A stretch of DNA of 63,806 bases, filler included, from Blastocystis sp. subtype 4 (taxonomy: Eukaryota): the NCBI RefSeq assembly GCF_000743755.1. It is 3 parts of 3 records of this genome, joined end to end, with 100 filler letters (N's around TTAATTAATTAA, not from the genome) between each part and the next. Parts side by side here need not be neighbours in the genome. Positions count along the whole stretch, not along the records: positions 29,625 to 51,202 come from NW_014569361.1; 2 more parts are not named here. The stretch is one strand, 5' to 3'. Shown piece after piece: positions 36,347 to 50,063 of this stretch. Position 1 is the first letter of the stretch. Each line of letters starts with the position of its first letter. The notes beneath the pieces are model-generated. The model ran no database searches and had not been told where the DNA came from. It was given only the letters and a program-made list of their open reading frames with translations. The position numbers and the translations under genes are program-made.

Positions 36347-37646
36347 ATGAGTGTGATTATTGAGACCACAGAAGGAACCATGACAATTGACCTCTTTTGT
36401 GAGTCTTGCCCCAAGACTTGTCTCAACTTCCTAAAGTTGTGCAAAATCAAGTATTATAATAACTGTCTGTTCTTTAACGTGCAACAGAACTTCATTGCTC
36501 AAACTGGTGATCCTACAGGTAGTTCTAGTGTCAAAGGATCATTGATAGGAACAGGAAAGGGAGGAACGTCTATTTTTGGCAAGATGTAGGTGAATGGATT
36601 GTTTTTGAGTTGTAGTGAAGGACCGGAGAAACGGTTTTTTGGAGACGAAATAGATCGGAAGTTGAAGCACACAAAGATGGGAACCGTTGCAATGGCCAAC
36701 AAGAAGGAGAACATGAATGGCTCTCAGTTTTATATGACTCTTCGAGATAATATATCTTTTCTCGATAAGAAACATACGATCTTTGGTCAAGTGGTAGAAG
36801 GACTTGATGTACTTGAGAAGATAAATGATGTACTTTTGATATGACTGATTTCCTTTAGAGCTTTTGCAACGAAAAATTCCGTCCCTATGTAGATATTCGA
36901 ATTCTTCATACAATCATTCTTGATGATCCTTTCGATGATCCCAAGGGATTAGTTGTTCCAGATCATTCTCCAGAACGGACAGTTCCTGAAGAGGAAGTCG
37001 TCCCTCGTGGTCTCACAAAAGATGATTTGAAAGACAAGAATCAAGGTAAATCTCTAGAAGAACTGGAAAAGGAGAAGAAACGTCTCGAAGCTCAAAGCAA
37101 TGCTGTGATTTTGGAGATGTTGGGTGATCTTCCGGATGCGGATGTGAAGCCTCCAGAGAATGTACTATTTGTATGTCAGTTGAATCCTATTACAGAAGAC
37201 GAGGATCTGAAGATGATCTTCTTCCGGTTTGGTGTAAAGAGTTGTGAGGTACTATATTGTATTCATATTACTATCTAGATTATTCGTGACCACACAACGG
37301 GAAATAGTCTGGGATATGCTTTCATCGAATTTGAAACAGAGCAGGGAGCAGTCGATGCTTACTACAAGATGAACAATGTGCTAATTGATGATCGGCGTAT
37401 CAAAGTGGACTTCAGCCAGTCTGTGGCAAAACTATGGAACCGGCGAAGACGTGGTGAAGTGATGACAACTTATAATGGATCTACAGATCGAAGTAGATTG
37501 GAATTGGCGGAGAATTACCCATAGGTACGTCACATAGAAGAGAAGAACGCAATCGTTCTCATAGAGAGCGTTCTCGAAGCCGGTCAAGACATTCCCATCA
37601 TCGAAGTCATTCTAGGAGTCATTCACATCGTAGTCATAGACATTGA
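36347..37646 (+). CDS. PPIL4: Cyclophilin-RRM protein (PPIL4/CYP59)
   Basis: [10 protein letters not shown]...[49 protein letters not shown] and an RS tail. Confidence 0.9.
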
Positions 37647-37666
37647 TTGTGTTTGTTTGCATTCTC

Positions 37667-39458
37667 ATGTTACGAAGGTTGATGAATCAGTTCATTCTAA
37701 TATATAGAGTGACTTCGTTTGTATCGCAAACGAAATTCTGCTTTCGGTGGGGTCGAAATCGACACTTGGGGAATGTTGGTAATATCTCATTTTCTTAGGA
37801 TATAGATTGGCCTTCTGGCTGTACAACGTGTACAAGTTCGATTATTGACATCAGAAGCCATTTCTCCTACAGTAACTACTGCTGCTTCTCAGTTATCTCA
37901 GGCATTGCACAGCGGAAGCTTTGATAAAGTTGCAGAATTGTTACCCTCAACCCCAGGGAATGTGGTTGACATCAATATAATGAATATTCTAAATTGTTGC
38001 TACAAGTCCTCTGATATATTGCGTTTATTGAACTATCTAACTGCTTCGAAGTTTTACATTTCAAGCTACATGTACGAGTGTTTGATTATTACAGCTGCTC
38101 GAATTGGAGATAGTCAATTAGTTTCAACGTTGTATGAATCTGCTGTAAAACGGAATGGTCGTCTGACTTCTCTCATTGACGCTCTCCTTCATGCATATCG
38201 TGTCTGTGACTCTCATCAAAAACTGATAAGTTATGTGTATCAACTGTTCAATGAGAATGTGAAGATAACGTCTATTCAGTATGAAGATATTCTTCGTACT
38301 CTTGTTCTTCATTCTGAATATGATTCACTCTGTAATCACATTATTACCAAGATGCGAGAACAGAATTGTTTTATCTCTCTTCCCATTCTCAGTATTCTTC
38401 TAAATTCTATAGATGTACGATCGTCTAGTTTAACCATTGCTTTCATCCGTCAAACTCGATTCAGTCATAAGAATGCCCCTCTTTTAAATATTATTCTTTC
38501 ACGTGAAATTGTAAAATTTTCTGAAAAGAAACAGCCTAAGGGTGTTTTTGAGTTGTATCGAGAAATGTCCAATGAACATCTACAGTTAGATCTCTCCGAA
38601 TTATCTCGACTGAAACGGGTTATTGGCGAACTTATCCAATCCGGGTATCAATTCACAATTCGTTCTGATGACGATGTATTCACACGATTGTACTCTCAAT
38701 GCTGGTTGGAACAGCGATGCAAATCTTCCGAAGATATCAGCGAATATGCAGATATGATTCGATGTTCCATGCGCAATCGATCAGTGGAATTCTTCGAAGG
38801 ACTCAAATTCGTAATGATGAATATCTTTATTGATTCTAGATATCGACACATTCATCATTATCGGTCTCTGTCGCTGCCATGAAGAAGTTAATTGATCTCC
38901 AGATTCTCCTATCTACCAATGAGATGCTAGTAGGTAACAGTTTCAGTCTCTAAAGAGTAGGAGATACTCCAGTGGACCGAGACAGCGCATTCCCAGCAAG
39001 TGGTTGATTGTGTGTTGTTGTATGTGGATGAAGTCTATCTGCGTGGAAAACATCATCGTCAGCGTCGCTCAGCAATGCATAATACTCAGCTGGAAATGAA
39101 AGTTAACGACATGATTCACTTGGTTTTCATGAATTCCTGTCATGATCTATAGTTACGAGCTCATGGTACTTCAGACTCATTTCGCAACATTTACAGAACC
39201 TTATGCTTCGCTGATCAGTACATTCAATCTGATATGTTTGTATATTTGACATACGGACTGATGTACTCGAATCCTACTGAAGGACTGAAACTCTTTGATG
39301 AAATGGTTGAACAGCATTTGGTTTTAGTTGTATTCATTCTTCATTCATAGATTACACCAACCAAAACCCTTTGTACTTCAATTCGAAATCTATTGAAGGA
39401 AAAGGGGAATGCTACCGATGTAGCTACATTTGAGAAGCAGTACGATGAGTACTTGTAA
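37667..39458 (+). CDS. PPR-like helical repeat protein, probably organelle-targeted
   Basis: Inferred MLRRVTSF presequence and PPR-like segments (YECLIITAARIGD, GVFELYREM, EGLKLFDEM). Confidence 0.5.
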
Positions 39459-39553
39459 TATGTGTTCTTTTATGACTTTGGTTTCTTCAACACATTCTAG
39501 CATATTCGTTATATACACAAACACAAAGCTACTATACAAATTACTTATCAGCT

Positions 39554-40820
39554 TCAGTTTCATTCACAGATACCTATCCATTATGATCTCTATCAGTTCA
39601 TACACTATTAAACTTGGCAAGCCATTCACCCGATTCTTTTGTTGATTCTCGTTTAGTCGCTCTATTCCTCATATTTATTCCACATTCCTACGACAAATCA
39701 AAGTTCCATGTCGTATTCTTCACAAAACCACCCATCATATCTGTGAATACCATTGAAGGTAATCCCTCTCCTTCCAGATCTGGAATCTCCGCTAACAGCT
39801 TCAGAAGATCTTCTCTCCCTTGATCTGCCAATGAAGTGATCCAACGATGACTTAATACTTTATCAGCACTGTATCGTTGATTTGGATCCTTCTTCAGAAC
39901 AGAACTCACCAAAGAAGTGAAGTTTGCTGATGGCTTGATTGGACTGTTGTCGTTATAACATTGGAATGAGGGCGGTTCTCCCTGAACCGTGCGAATGAGG
40001 ATTTCCATGGGTTCGAACTTCGCCAGAGGAGGATATCCTTTGAAGAGTTCCAGAGCAGTGATTCCCAAAGACCAGATATCTGCCTTTGAGTCGTATCGCT
40101 CTCGATTCATCACCTCAGGAGCCATCCAACAGGGAGTTCCAACGAAAGTACGTGCTTCCTGTTTCTTCATTGTCCCTTCAAGCACACGGGCCACACCGAG
40201 ATCTGCTAGACGAATATTTCCTGTTCCATCTACAAGAATGTTTCCTGCTTTCACATCTCTACAAATCACATCTATTCATTATTAGAACCGATGAAGGAGG
40301 TTAGAGTCATGAAGATACTTTAGACCCTTAGCTGTTTCTCGAATGATGTAAGCAACGATACTCTCCTACTAATTACTCTTGCTAACAAAACAAATACCTC
40401 AAAACCTTGTCCATCGTGAACTTTCTTATGTTCTCGCAGGTACTGTAGGATACGAAGGAATGAACCTTTCGTCATCAACGGTGTAATGATCCAGAGCGTA
40501 CAGCCAACATTAAAACAACTATAACAAGCTAAAACATGTTCATTATTGCATAATTTCATTGTGAGAACTTCTTTGCGAATGTCTTCTAGATTAATTGACG
40601 CATCTTCCAACTTTAGAATCTTGATGGCAACAATAGCGTTGTTATCCTTGCACCTCGCCTTAAACACCTTAGCAAAGGCACCCTTGACTTTTAATTACAC
40701 TGTTAATGTCTTACCTTGCCAATCATCCCCTGAAATTCATAATGACTTGCATCAGTTGGCCACTCATAAGAACCGGTAATACTACGGATAAATTTCATCA
40801 CATGGTCCACCATACTTCAT
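39554..40820 (-). CDS. STE20-family kinase (OSR1/SPAK-like)
   Basis: GKGAFAKV, AIKILKLE, HRDVKAGNIL, TFVGTPCWMAPEV and a WNFD motif. Confidence 0.88.
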
Positions 40821-41059
40821 TCTTGCTTATAATATGGCTTCGAGGGAGGAAGAATCAACAATAATCTGGAAGCAACACCAAAAGAGAGACGAGAGAAAAT
40901 GGGAATTTACTCTTAACAGCGGATCAATAGAAAAGCGTCCAGTGGTAATCTCTCGATTATTGTATTGTAATCAATCAACACATTCACACTGAATTGATGG
41001 TACCTTTTGAGAAGCATCTTTAGTATAACCTAAGATTCGATTATTCTTCGTATTATATC

Positions 41060-42620
41060 ATGGATCCCGTTCCACCTGTAACCATTCTTGGAGTTGAATA
41101 CCCTGCCCTTGCTGATGGTAAGTATGATGCAGTCATTCTTGGTACCGGATTGAAAGAATGTATTGTTGCTGGATTACTGGCTACTGAAGGAAAGAAAGTT
41201 GAAGAGTTTTCGTGTTTTCATTCGTAGGTCCTCGTTCTTGATCGTAATGACTACTATGGAGGTGATTGTGCTTCTTTGAATCTGACTGTTTGAATCCCAT
41301 TCATGAATTCATATTTTAGAACCTTTACAAGAAGTTCTATGATCGTGTACCCACACAACAGGAAATTGATACATTGGGTCAGAACCGTGACTACAATGTT
41401 GATTTGATTCCCAAATTCATTATGGCTTGTGGAAACTTGGTTAACATGCTTGTGCTTACCAAAGTCACAAACTATTTGGAGTTCAAGAAGATTGAGGGAA
41501 GTTTTGTCTATGGAGGAAAGAATAAGAAGATCAGCAAGGTAGTTGTATAGGTTGATTGTTATTCTAGATGCCTGCTACTACCTCGGAGGCTTTGAGTACT
41601 CCTCTCCTTTCTTTGATGCAGAAGATGAAATACCGTTCCTTCTTGTCTGATGTATTACAAATGAAGATTCCTGGAGAGGATGGCGTGCCTGCTGATGCCG
41701 ATGTGCCTCTGAAGCATACTACAATGCGAGAGCTCTTCAAGCAGTATGGTTTGGATGAGAATTGTCAGGAATTCACTGGTCATGCTATGGCTCTTCGTTT
41801 GAATGATGAATATTTGGATGAGCCTGCTTTAGAGACTGTGAAAGCCATGAAGTTGTATGGTTATTCGGTGAATCAGTATGGATCTTCTCCTTACATTTAT
41901 CCCATGTATGGTTTGGGTGGTCTTCCTGAAGGTTTCTCTCGTCTCTGTGCTATTAAGGGAGGTGTATTCATGTTGAATCGCAATCCTGATGAACTTCTCT
42001 TTGATGACGAGGGCCACATCAAGGGAGTAGTATCCGATGGTGAGGCTGCCTCGTGTGACTTTGCTGTTGGCGATCCTTCGTACTTCCCTGATGACATGTT
42101 GCGTGAGACGGGCAAGGTGGTTCGATCTATCTGCTTCCTCAATCACCCCGTTGCTGGAGCCACAGACTGTAAGTCTGCTCAGATCATTATCCCTGCAAAG
42201 CAGATCAAGCGTGCTGGCTATCCCCAACACGACTCTGGTAAATCTTCTTTTATCCTCTCATCTCTAGATATTTACGTATCAGTGGTTTCTTGGGATCACG
42301 CCGTTTGTGCTAAGGGTATTTACATTGCAATTGCTTCAACTACCGTGGAGACTGATGATCCTGTGAACGAGCTGGCTCCTGCGATTGATCTTCTTGGAGA
42401 TATTATCGCGCGTTTTGATGAGGTCTCTGACACGTATGAACCTGTGGCTGATGGAAAGGAGGATCATTGCTATATTTCCACTTCCTATGATGCTACAAGG
42501 TAAGTTTTTAGATTTAAAGTGAATTGTAGTCACTTTGAGACTGTTGCTGATGATGTGCTGAGCATCTATGAAAGGATTACGGGTCATCCTCTGAGCTTCG
42601 ACTCTCTTAAGCAGGAATAA
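41060..42620 (+). CDS. GDI: Rab GDP dissociation inhibitor
   Basis: [49 protein letters not shown] and SYDAT. Confidence 0.95.
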
Positions 42621-42741
42621 TTGTATACCTCTCTAGTGTTTGTTGGAGTATTCAGTGTGAGGATTGTTGATAATCAAATGCTCATGATCACTGGTCACTG
42701 GATTTGGAGAATCGTTCAAGATCCCCTTGTTTTCCACGAAA

Positions 42742-43435
42742 ATGCGTTGTTGGGAAAAGTTCAAGGCTACAATGAAACCTACCGATGACGGTGACTATAA
42801 GAGAAGAATCACTCGAGGATTCGTCAGTCTTCATGATTTTGGCTTAGCTTTTAGTGGTCTGGTTTGTGCATCGGATCTTTTTTCGGTGGTGTTAGTACTG
42901 TCTGGGTTGTGTCTCCCTACAAACCGGATAGTTGGGCTTGTTGAGATTTGGATCAATGAATAGTTCGTCCGAAAACCATCGGTCAATCTACCAAGATGAT
43001 TCTTCGTCCTGCGGTAAATCTCTTGTTCCAGAGATGATGGTCTAGGCGATTCTTGCTTTATGTGGTGTTGCATACGAAGGACTTGGGAGCTGGATGGTAA
43101 TAGAAAACAGTTCCTCTGACTTTCTAGTACTCGCTTCGTCAAAAGAGCGATTGGTGGACCTATTTTGTTTCAGGAGCAGGAGCAGGTGCTATAGCAGGAA
43201 TTTCTGTATGAATTGTGTTGTTCTTTGAGTCTAGCGTGGAAACGTTCCTGATTTTCTCAAGTTAACATTCTTCATAGGAGCACTTGCATCAATTTTTGAG
43301 TCTTGGTCCGTTCTTATTGTGTTTTTGATCTCTAGCCGTGGTTACCAGGGAATTGGTCCTACCATAAATGAACGCTACATCAAGAAGAGCAAGGTTCTTC
43401 CTGATCCAGTGCCGCGTAGTGAAATGGAACATTAA
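42742..43435 (+). CDS. Tim17/Tim22/Tim23-family membrane protein (possibly NDUFA11-like)
   Basis: Manual splicing gives GLCIGSFFGG...GVAYEGLGSWMYSLRQKSDWWTYFVSGAGAGAIAG. TAA at 43435 is followed by TGTTTGTT at 43453. Confidence 0.6.
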
Positions 43436-43472
43436 ATAATTGATATATGGATTGTTTGTTAACAAAGAGGAG

Positions 43473-44566
43473 TAAGGTGTTTTGACAGCTTGAAGATTGT
43501 TACTCGATATATGCGCAACATCATATTTCTCTACATCATCTAAAAGACGAGTTGAAGGAGCAGGTTCCTCATGATTAGGATACAAAATATAATGTTGGAT
43601 CATAAATAGAATATCGAAGAACATGCTAACACTTCCTAAACCCAGCTTGACTAAGTTGCTCTTTAAGCCAGACCACTCATCTATGTGACAACAACGCTGT
43701 TGTACTTACTCAGTACCCAACAATTGATGAAAAATTGAAGAATTGAAAGGAGGCCACCACTAAAATCAAGGAGGATGTTGTAGATTGTCCAACCCACAGT
43801 ATTTATTAAGAAACCAAAATACCTTGGATACTAAGGATATGTTGACTTGCGTCTGTAGTTAAAGACTAGCTGAGGGATATACTTGATGATGCTAATAACC
43901 AACTTGATATTGGAAAGCACAATAATCACAATCAGAGGTGTTAGCCATGTAAACCAATGCATCTTCACGCCCACAATACACAAAACCACAAAAATACCAA
44001 CTAGACTCAAAATAATAATAGCAGTATAGCTAATTCTCTGCCCATTCCGTTCATAGAAAAAGCATTGCGTGATTGTCACACAAGTGATAATCATAGCGTG
44101 AGCGGAGAAAAATAGATCATTTAGTACAACCTACACATCAGAGAACCGGAGAAGTCCCACTGGAACGTGCTGATGGAACATTTCCTGGTATTCGCGTTGG
44201 ATCTCTGGAACATAGAGAAGTGAATAGTTATAAATGGTGTAAAAGGTGAAGGCAACAAAGTTGTACGCCAGAAAGTCAAAAGAGAGACCAACTACACTTC
44301 GTCGTTTATAGTTGAGAAATACCTATCCATGAACAGCTGGAAACAAATATACTTGAGGATAAAATGATACACTCCAAGCACAAAAGTACAACCAACCAAT
44401 GTACTGTGATATATAGTTCCATGGAGCACGGAGAACCTTGTTTGGTCCCAATACTATTCTATTAATGTATAATCTCAGTTCTACTTAACAATAGGATTGC
44501 GGAAACGACCAACATTCCTGTTATCACAATCACTTTTGCATTTGGTTTTCGTTTCTCTTCGCTCAT
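43473..44566 (-). CDS. CTNS: Cystinosin (PQ-loop lysosomal cystine transporter)
   Basis: GWLYFCAWSVSFYPQ, KRRSVVGLSFDF, IKYIPQLVFNYRRKST-VGW and FFDILFMIQHY. Confidence 0.9.
43799..43840 (-). other. U12-type AT-AC intron (42 nt)
   Basis: Minus strand ATATCCTT...TTTCTTAAT-AAATAC; removal restores RRKST VGWTI. Confidence 0.9.
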
Positions 44567-44719
44567 AGTTTACTTATTTGTGGGGTTCGTCAAACCAACA
44601 GAGATCATCTGAACAATATTATTGGTTGAACCAATTCTGTAGTGATGATCCCCGTGCTTCATTATGGAACACAAACTAATAGGAACAAAAATACGAACAT
44701 CAAATAGCTTCCTCTTTTA

Positions 44720-47700
44720 TCACTTCTTTCTCTTTTTTCCCATTTTTCGGGTTTCTTCTTTCACCATCTCGGGATCATCTTCATCACTATCCTTTCTGCT
44801 TCTTTTACCTCTTCCTTTAACAACAGCTCTATCAAGACTCTTTTCGATTAATCGAATCAATGTGTCACAATGTCTCTGGATGTCCCATGTTGAACGAGTT
44901 CGGAAATACCAATCAAACTGGAACTCCTGACAGCGCTGAATCTCTTGTCGAATTGCATCCCAGTTTCCATAACCCAATTGTATGATACAATACAATAGGA
45001 ACCGATCATGTTCCACTGTGTAATTTTTAGAAAGTTGTATTGGCATTGCTAAACTGAAAGTATTAAATGGATCTGAGTATTCACTCAGTTTCCGTGAGAT
45101 TGCCTAGTGTTCAACCTCTTTTTCATTTCCATACCAGCTCTATTTCTCGTTTTCTACACAAGCGATGTTCACCTTTCTCAATCCGTGTTAGGACTCGCTT
45201 AAATCCAGGTGTTGTTGATGCTCTATGCATTATAATCTTCCATCAAACTCACTTCTTCCAAAATGCATTCATATATCTACGTACTTCACTACTGCTCTTC
45301 CCAGTTGCTGACGATACTGCTTCAACAATTGCAGTTGTGCTTGATCGTCCATACGTCTCACAAGCTTGAATAAAGCGACGATAATCACTGCGAGACCAAT
45401 CAGCAAAACCTTCTCCAAGCAATCGATCCTTCTCTCGTTGGTCTTCCTCTGATAAATGACACTAATCTCACATTCATTCTCTGATCTCACATCATTCAAT
45501 TGCTCTTGGAGAGCTTCGGTTATCTTTGTAGCTTCAGGTTCACCTCGCTCCACCTTGCTCTTCAATTCTCGAATTTGCTACAGCTCAATCTCTTCTTCTT
45601 CAATCACTTTATGAATTCGCTTTGTTTCGGCAGTCAATTTCGCTTCCTTTTCAAGAATCACCATGAGTGCAGGAATATCAAATAGTTGGAAATCTTGGTA
45701 TGGACAAAATATCTTCTCTTTTTTCACCTTCTTAACCTCTTGTGTTCGTTTCTTGGTTCGAGCAGGAAGATTGATGAAAGTCGATACAACCTCCCTATTG
45801 CGGAAATTCTCCCCATTGAAACCATAAATATCAAATTCATCCTTTCCATCTAATCGGAAACTTGCTAAACTGCTCATTGACTGTTGGAGCTTCTCACTAT
45901 CACGTTGTGTCCGTTCTTCTCCTGTCTGAAGGATCTTATCAATATCTTCATCCTATACTTCATCCAATCCTTCTCTTCTACAGTAAATGTCCCTTTCTCT
46001 GAAGAGAAAATGAAGTCTGCTCCATAGGTCACAATACTTGCCATTTCTCGAGTTGAGATCTTTGCACTAGGTGATGCTAATCGGCCTTGTTGAATGACCA
46101 CAGCGTCCAGAAGTAATTTCTTCTCAGCTCGTTCAATAATTTTCTCCTCTACAGTCTTCTCTGTGATCAGTCGGTACACACGCACTGTCTTCTTCTGTCC
46201 AATACGATGTGCTCGATCTTCTGCTTGTAAGTCAGCTTGAGGATTCCAATCAGAATCATAGAGAATCACAACATCTGCAGTAGCTAGATTGATACCTAGA
46301 CCACCAGCACGTGTGCTGAGAAGAAAACAAAACTTCTCTGAATCAGGTTTATTGAATTCATCCATTCGTATCTCTCGATCTTCACTCTACCATTCATACA
46401 TTCAAAGTAGACATACAGTAGTCTGACCATCAATACGACAATAATCATATCCCTTGATTCGCATGTAATCCTCCAGAATATCAAGCATTCGAGTCATCTA
46501 TTACTTATTCTCTATTTCCACATTCACTTGAGAGAATACAAGAACACGACTACCCTGCTCTTTCATTCGAATCAATAACTTATCAAGCAATTGCATCTTT
46601 CCACTATTCTCCCAAAGATGGGGACCATCTGTATATGGAGGACCTATAATATCAATCAAATCAATCACCAGTAACCGGGTTCAGCACCTTGAAAGAGGTA
46701 AGGATGATTACAAACTTTCCGAAGTTGAATTAAGATGTTGTTTAGTTGAACACGACTGGCTCCACCAATACTATTTAAGGCTTCTATATCCTATCACTTA
46801 TACTTCCATTCTTATAATACTTTCTTTAAGACATTCTTATACCAAAAGAGTTGCATATCTGTTAAACCAACATACAATTTGATTTCCTTCTTTGGAGGCA
46901 AGTCTTTTTCAACATCTGATTTCAATCGACGTAAGAGGAAAGGTCGAAGAATCTGCATATGAGCGACCACATATGAATCTACAGTATGTAACCGACGAAT
47001 AACATCTGATTGAATACTAGTACTGAAGTATGAATCGAACAAATCTGCACTAGTAAACACTGCTGGCATTAGAAAGTTCAATAAGGCCCAGAGTTCATGA
47101 AGATTATTTTGAAGAGGTGTACCTGTGATAAGTAAACGATATTGTGTGGATAACTGTCGTACTACAACACTGAGTGCACTAGCTTCATTTTTGATACGAT
47201 GAGCCTCATCAATAACCATATAACACCAACTAATTCCTATTAAAACGTTTCGTTCTCTCAATACAAGCTCGTAGCTTGTGATACAAATATTGAAGTGTCC
47301 TGTCTGTAATTGACTTGAAATTATTTTAGCTCGCGTATCTCGATCTCCTTGAAGAACAACAACATGAAGAGATGGACACCATTTCAAGAACTCTCGATGC
47401 CAATTCGATACAGTTGATTTCGGGACGATCACAAGATGAGGACCATTAATCGCTCGACATTCATATAAGTATCCAAGGAGTGAAATTGTTTGAAGAGTCT
47501 TTCCTAATCCCATTTCATCTGCCAAGATTCCATTAATTCCATTGTTGTATAAGGCAATCAGCCAATTCAGACCCTCAATTTGATAGGGTCGCATAGTTCC
47601 TCCAACAATGCATTTTGGCTGAGTTGTTAAGCGTGCTACAGAATTTATCGAGTCGTCATCCGAATCAATCATGTCATCAACAGAAGACTGAGCATACTAC

Positions 47701-48220
47701 AATAAAACTGAAATACTAAATTCTACTCGACGGTTATCTGAAGTGCCTACATGCTTTACAGATTCTGTAGAGGGCGCTTCTGTATCAAATTGTCCTAACG
47801 ATACAAAACTGGAATACACTTCAGCTTGTTGGGCAAGAGATTCAATTGGAGAGAGGGTAGGGGCATGTTCTACAAGTTACAGACAGAATTCACAGAAACC
47901 GGAATCACCCTTTTCTTTCATTCGAATAGCCGAGAGCAATTTGTTTTGTTTTTCTTTTATCTTCTGGTAACGAATGGCTTCCAATTCTGCTAATCGTTGT
48001 CTCTACATATATCAATCTCATTATTCTTTTACTTCCCGTTTTACTTCCTCATCCTCTTCATCAACTGGGGTTTCAATAGGTGTTTGACTCTCCTCATCTA
48101 TCCTTAAGTCTACTTCACCAATTCCATACTCTCATACGATCCAGAATCAGAAGGACTTTCTGATATATCGCTATTCTCCTTAGCGTCATCAACATCGTCA
48201 ACTGATTCTTTTTCACGCAT
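44720..48220 (-). CDS. SMARCA5: ISWI chromatin remodelling ATPase
   Basis: [26 protein letters not shown] and DRAHRIGQ, with C-terminal SANT/SLIDE ([20 protein letters not shown]). Confidence 0.92.
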
Positions 48221-48311
48221 CTTTCACTTAGCACAAAACGTAAGATCGTACATTTACTGCTAAGAAACAGTAACACGCTGATGTGAAAAAGAAATGACAA
48301 ACAAACAAGAG

Positions 48312-49909
48312 AAGAAGAGGAAGAGGAAAGGGAAATAAAAGAACTATCTGACATAGAATCAAATTCTGGTATGCCGTCATCACTTAACTCTAAATCTTTA
48401 TAGGGATGAGCACGATCAGCATTGACTTCACCGTCCCAATCTGCTGATGATCCTCTTGTTGGTATTTCACGTCGTAAGAAGGGTCCAAGAATCACTACCG
48501 GTCATCAACATCAATGATTCACACTTTCTAAATCCACTCCATCAGGAAACTGGAATATATCACTAGCCTGTAGATTCTATTTCTCATCCTATCCTCACTG
48601 CTCTACATAGTTGATTTCAGCCTCATACTGTCTTCGAATAGCATCTTTCAACTGCTCTCCCCTTGCCCAATCTGGTATTTGCTTCCTCTTGAACTGATCC
48701 TCAGCAATATCTGGTTTCTTCTTCACAACAGTTACAGCAGATGCTGGCTTCTTGAAGGATCGTTGGATCACTGGATTGGCACGCATTTCAGGAGATGATG
48801 TTGTTTGATACAGGCCAAAACGTGCCTTTGGTGAGGACGAAGAGACAAAACCCGATGATTGAGGTGAACGAAGAGGCTCAGAAGATGGCTGTTGCTGAGG
48901 AGATCGGGTTGGATAATAAACTTGCTTCAAAACACCGGATGTGATGTTAGTGGATGAGCCAGAGTGGATCCTCACAGGAGGTGAAGGTGAACGAGGTTTT
49001 GCAGGTGATGGAGGTGTGGGCGAGTTGACAGGCGATGTGAGTGCAGGTGAGTTTGCTCTGGACGGAGACGAATGAGCTTGCATAGTAGATTTAGGCTGAA
49101 TACAATTTCCAAGATGCCTCGGAGACTGTCCATTTTCTACTAGATTTGTAGGCTGATTTATGGATGATGGTGATGTGATCGAAGGAGTCTGCGTAGACGA
49201 AGCGGAAGGAATGCGAACTACACTCAATTCAACAATTGAAACACACTTAATGTGGGAATAATGACTTTTTGTTGAGGAGAATCTCTCACTGGAGAATGAT
49301 CTTTGATTAAAAATAGAGTCAGAAACTACTCGGAGACAAATTGGTAACTCGTGGTATCACAGCGATTGGACGATTATTTGAAATATGCTAAGCATTATTA
49401 ACCGTCACAAATACTACCAATCGGTCCAATTCATAAGCTACAAGTTTCCTAACATAGTCTTGGCGTAATCCTGAACAAGAAATGTGTAATCGAGCACATT
49501 CTTCTTTAACTTCTTTGAATGTCATTGCGCTATACTTCTTATATATATCACTTTCTGTTCTAGAGGTTACATCTATCAGTTGATTCGACATCGGTTGGGA
49601 TGGTTGATCTCTTGCCTGAGAAATAACGACTTCATCTGGCTTCACAGTAATCGGTTTAATTTCTATTGTCATTTCTTTTGAACTTATGAAATCCATCTCT
49701 TTATCAATAATTCGATGGGAAGAAAGCTAGATATTACATTTTAATCCACCGACAACACATTCATGTAACCACGTTTTAATCTTGTTAGCATCCTTATCAA
49801 TAATCTCACATGACTTCTGAAGGCATTTCTATGTTGAAAAGATAAAATAAACAACTACTGATGCCATCGACTGGTAATGGGCGACTTTCTTCGCAACCGT
49901 TCCTGTCAT
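48312..49909 (-). CDS. INCENP: Short INCENP-like protein (IN-box) with SAP-like motif; stop completed by poly(A)
   Basis: IN-box IPDWARGEQLKDAIRRQ...DIF...DLE...RGSSADW; SAP-like MTFKEVKEECARLHISCSGLRQDYVRKL. Confidence 0.7.
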
Positions 49910-50063
49910 ATGATAGACTTGATGAGGAATCTAGTAAGTGACTTAAAACAAAGATCGATATGAATCCAAATCAGAATAAATCAACCCTCTTTATGGCAGT
50001 ACTGAAATAGCTCCTATTATCCATATTTGTTACAAATAACCCAACTAGAACCTATTTATCACT

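Noticed and set aside
3622..37646. Apparent cluster of RNA-processing genes (PCIF1, CPSF2, U2AF2, PPIL4)
   Set aside because: They are interspersed with unrelated genes; such adjacency is expected by chance in a compact genome.
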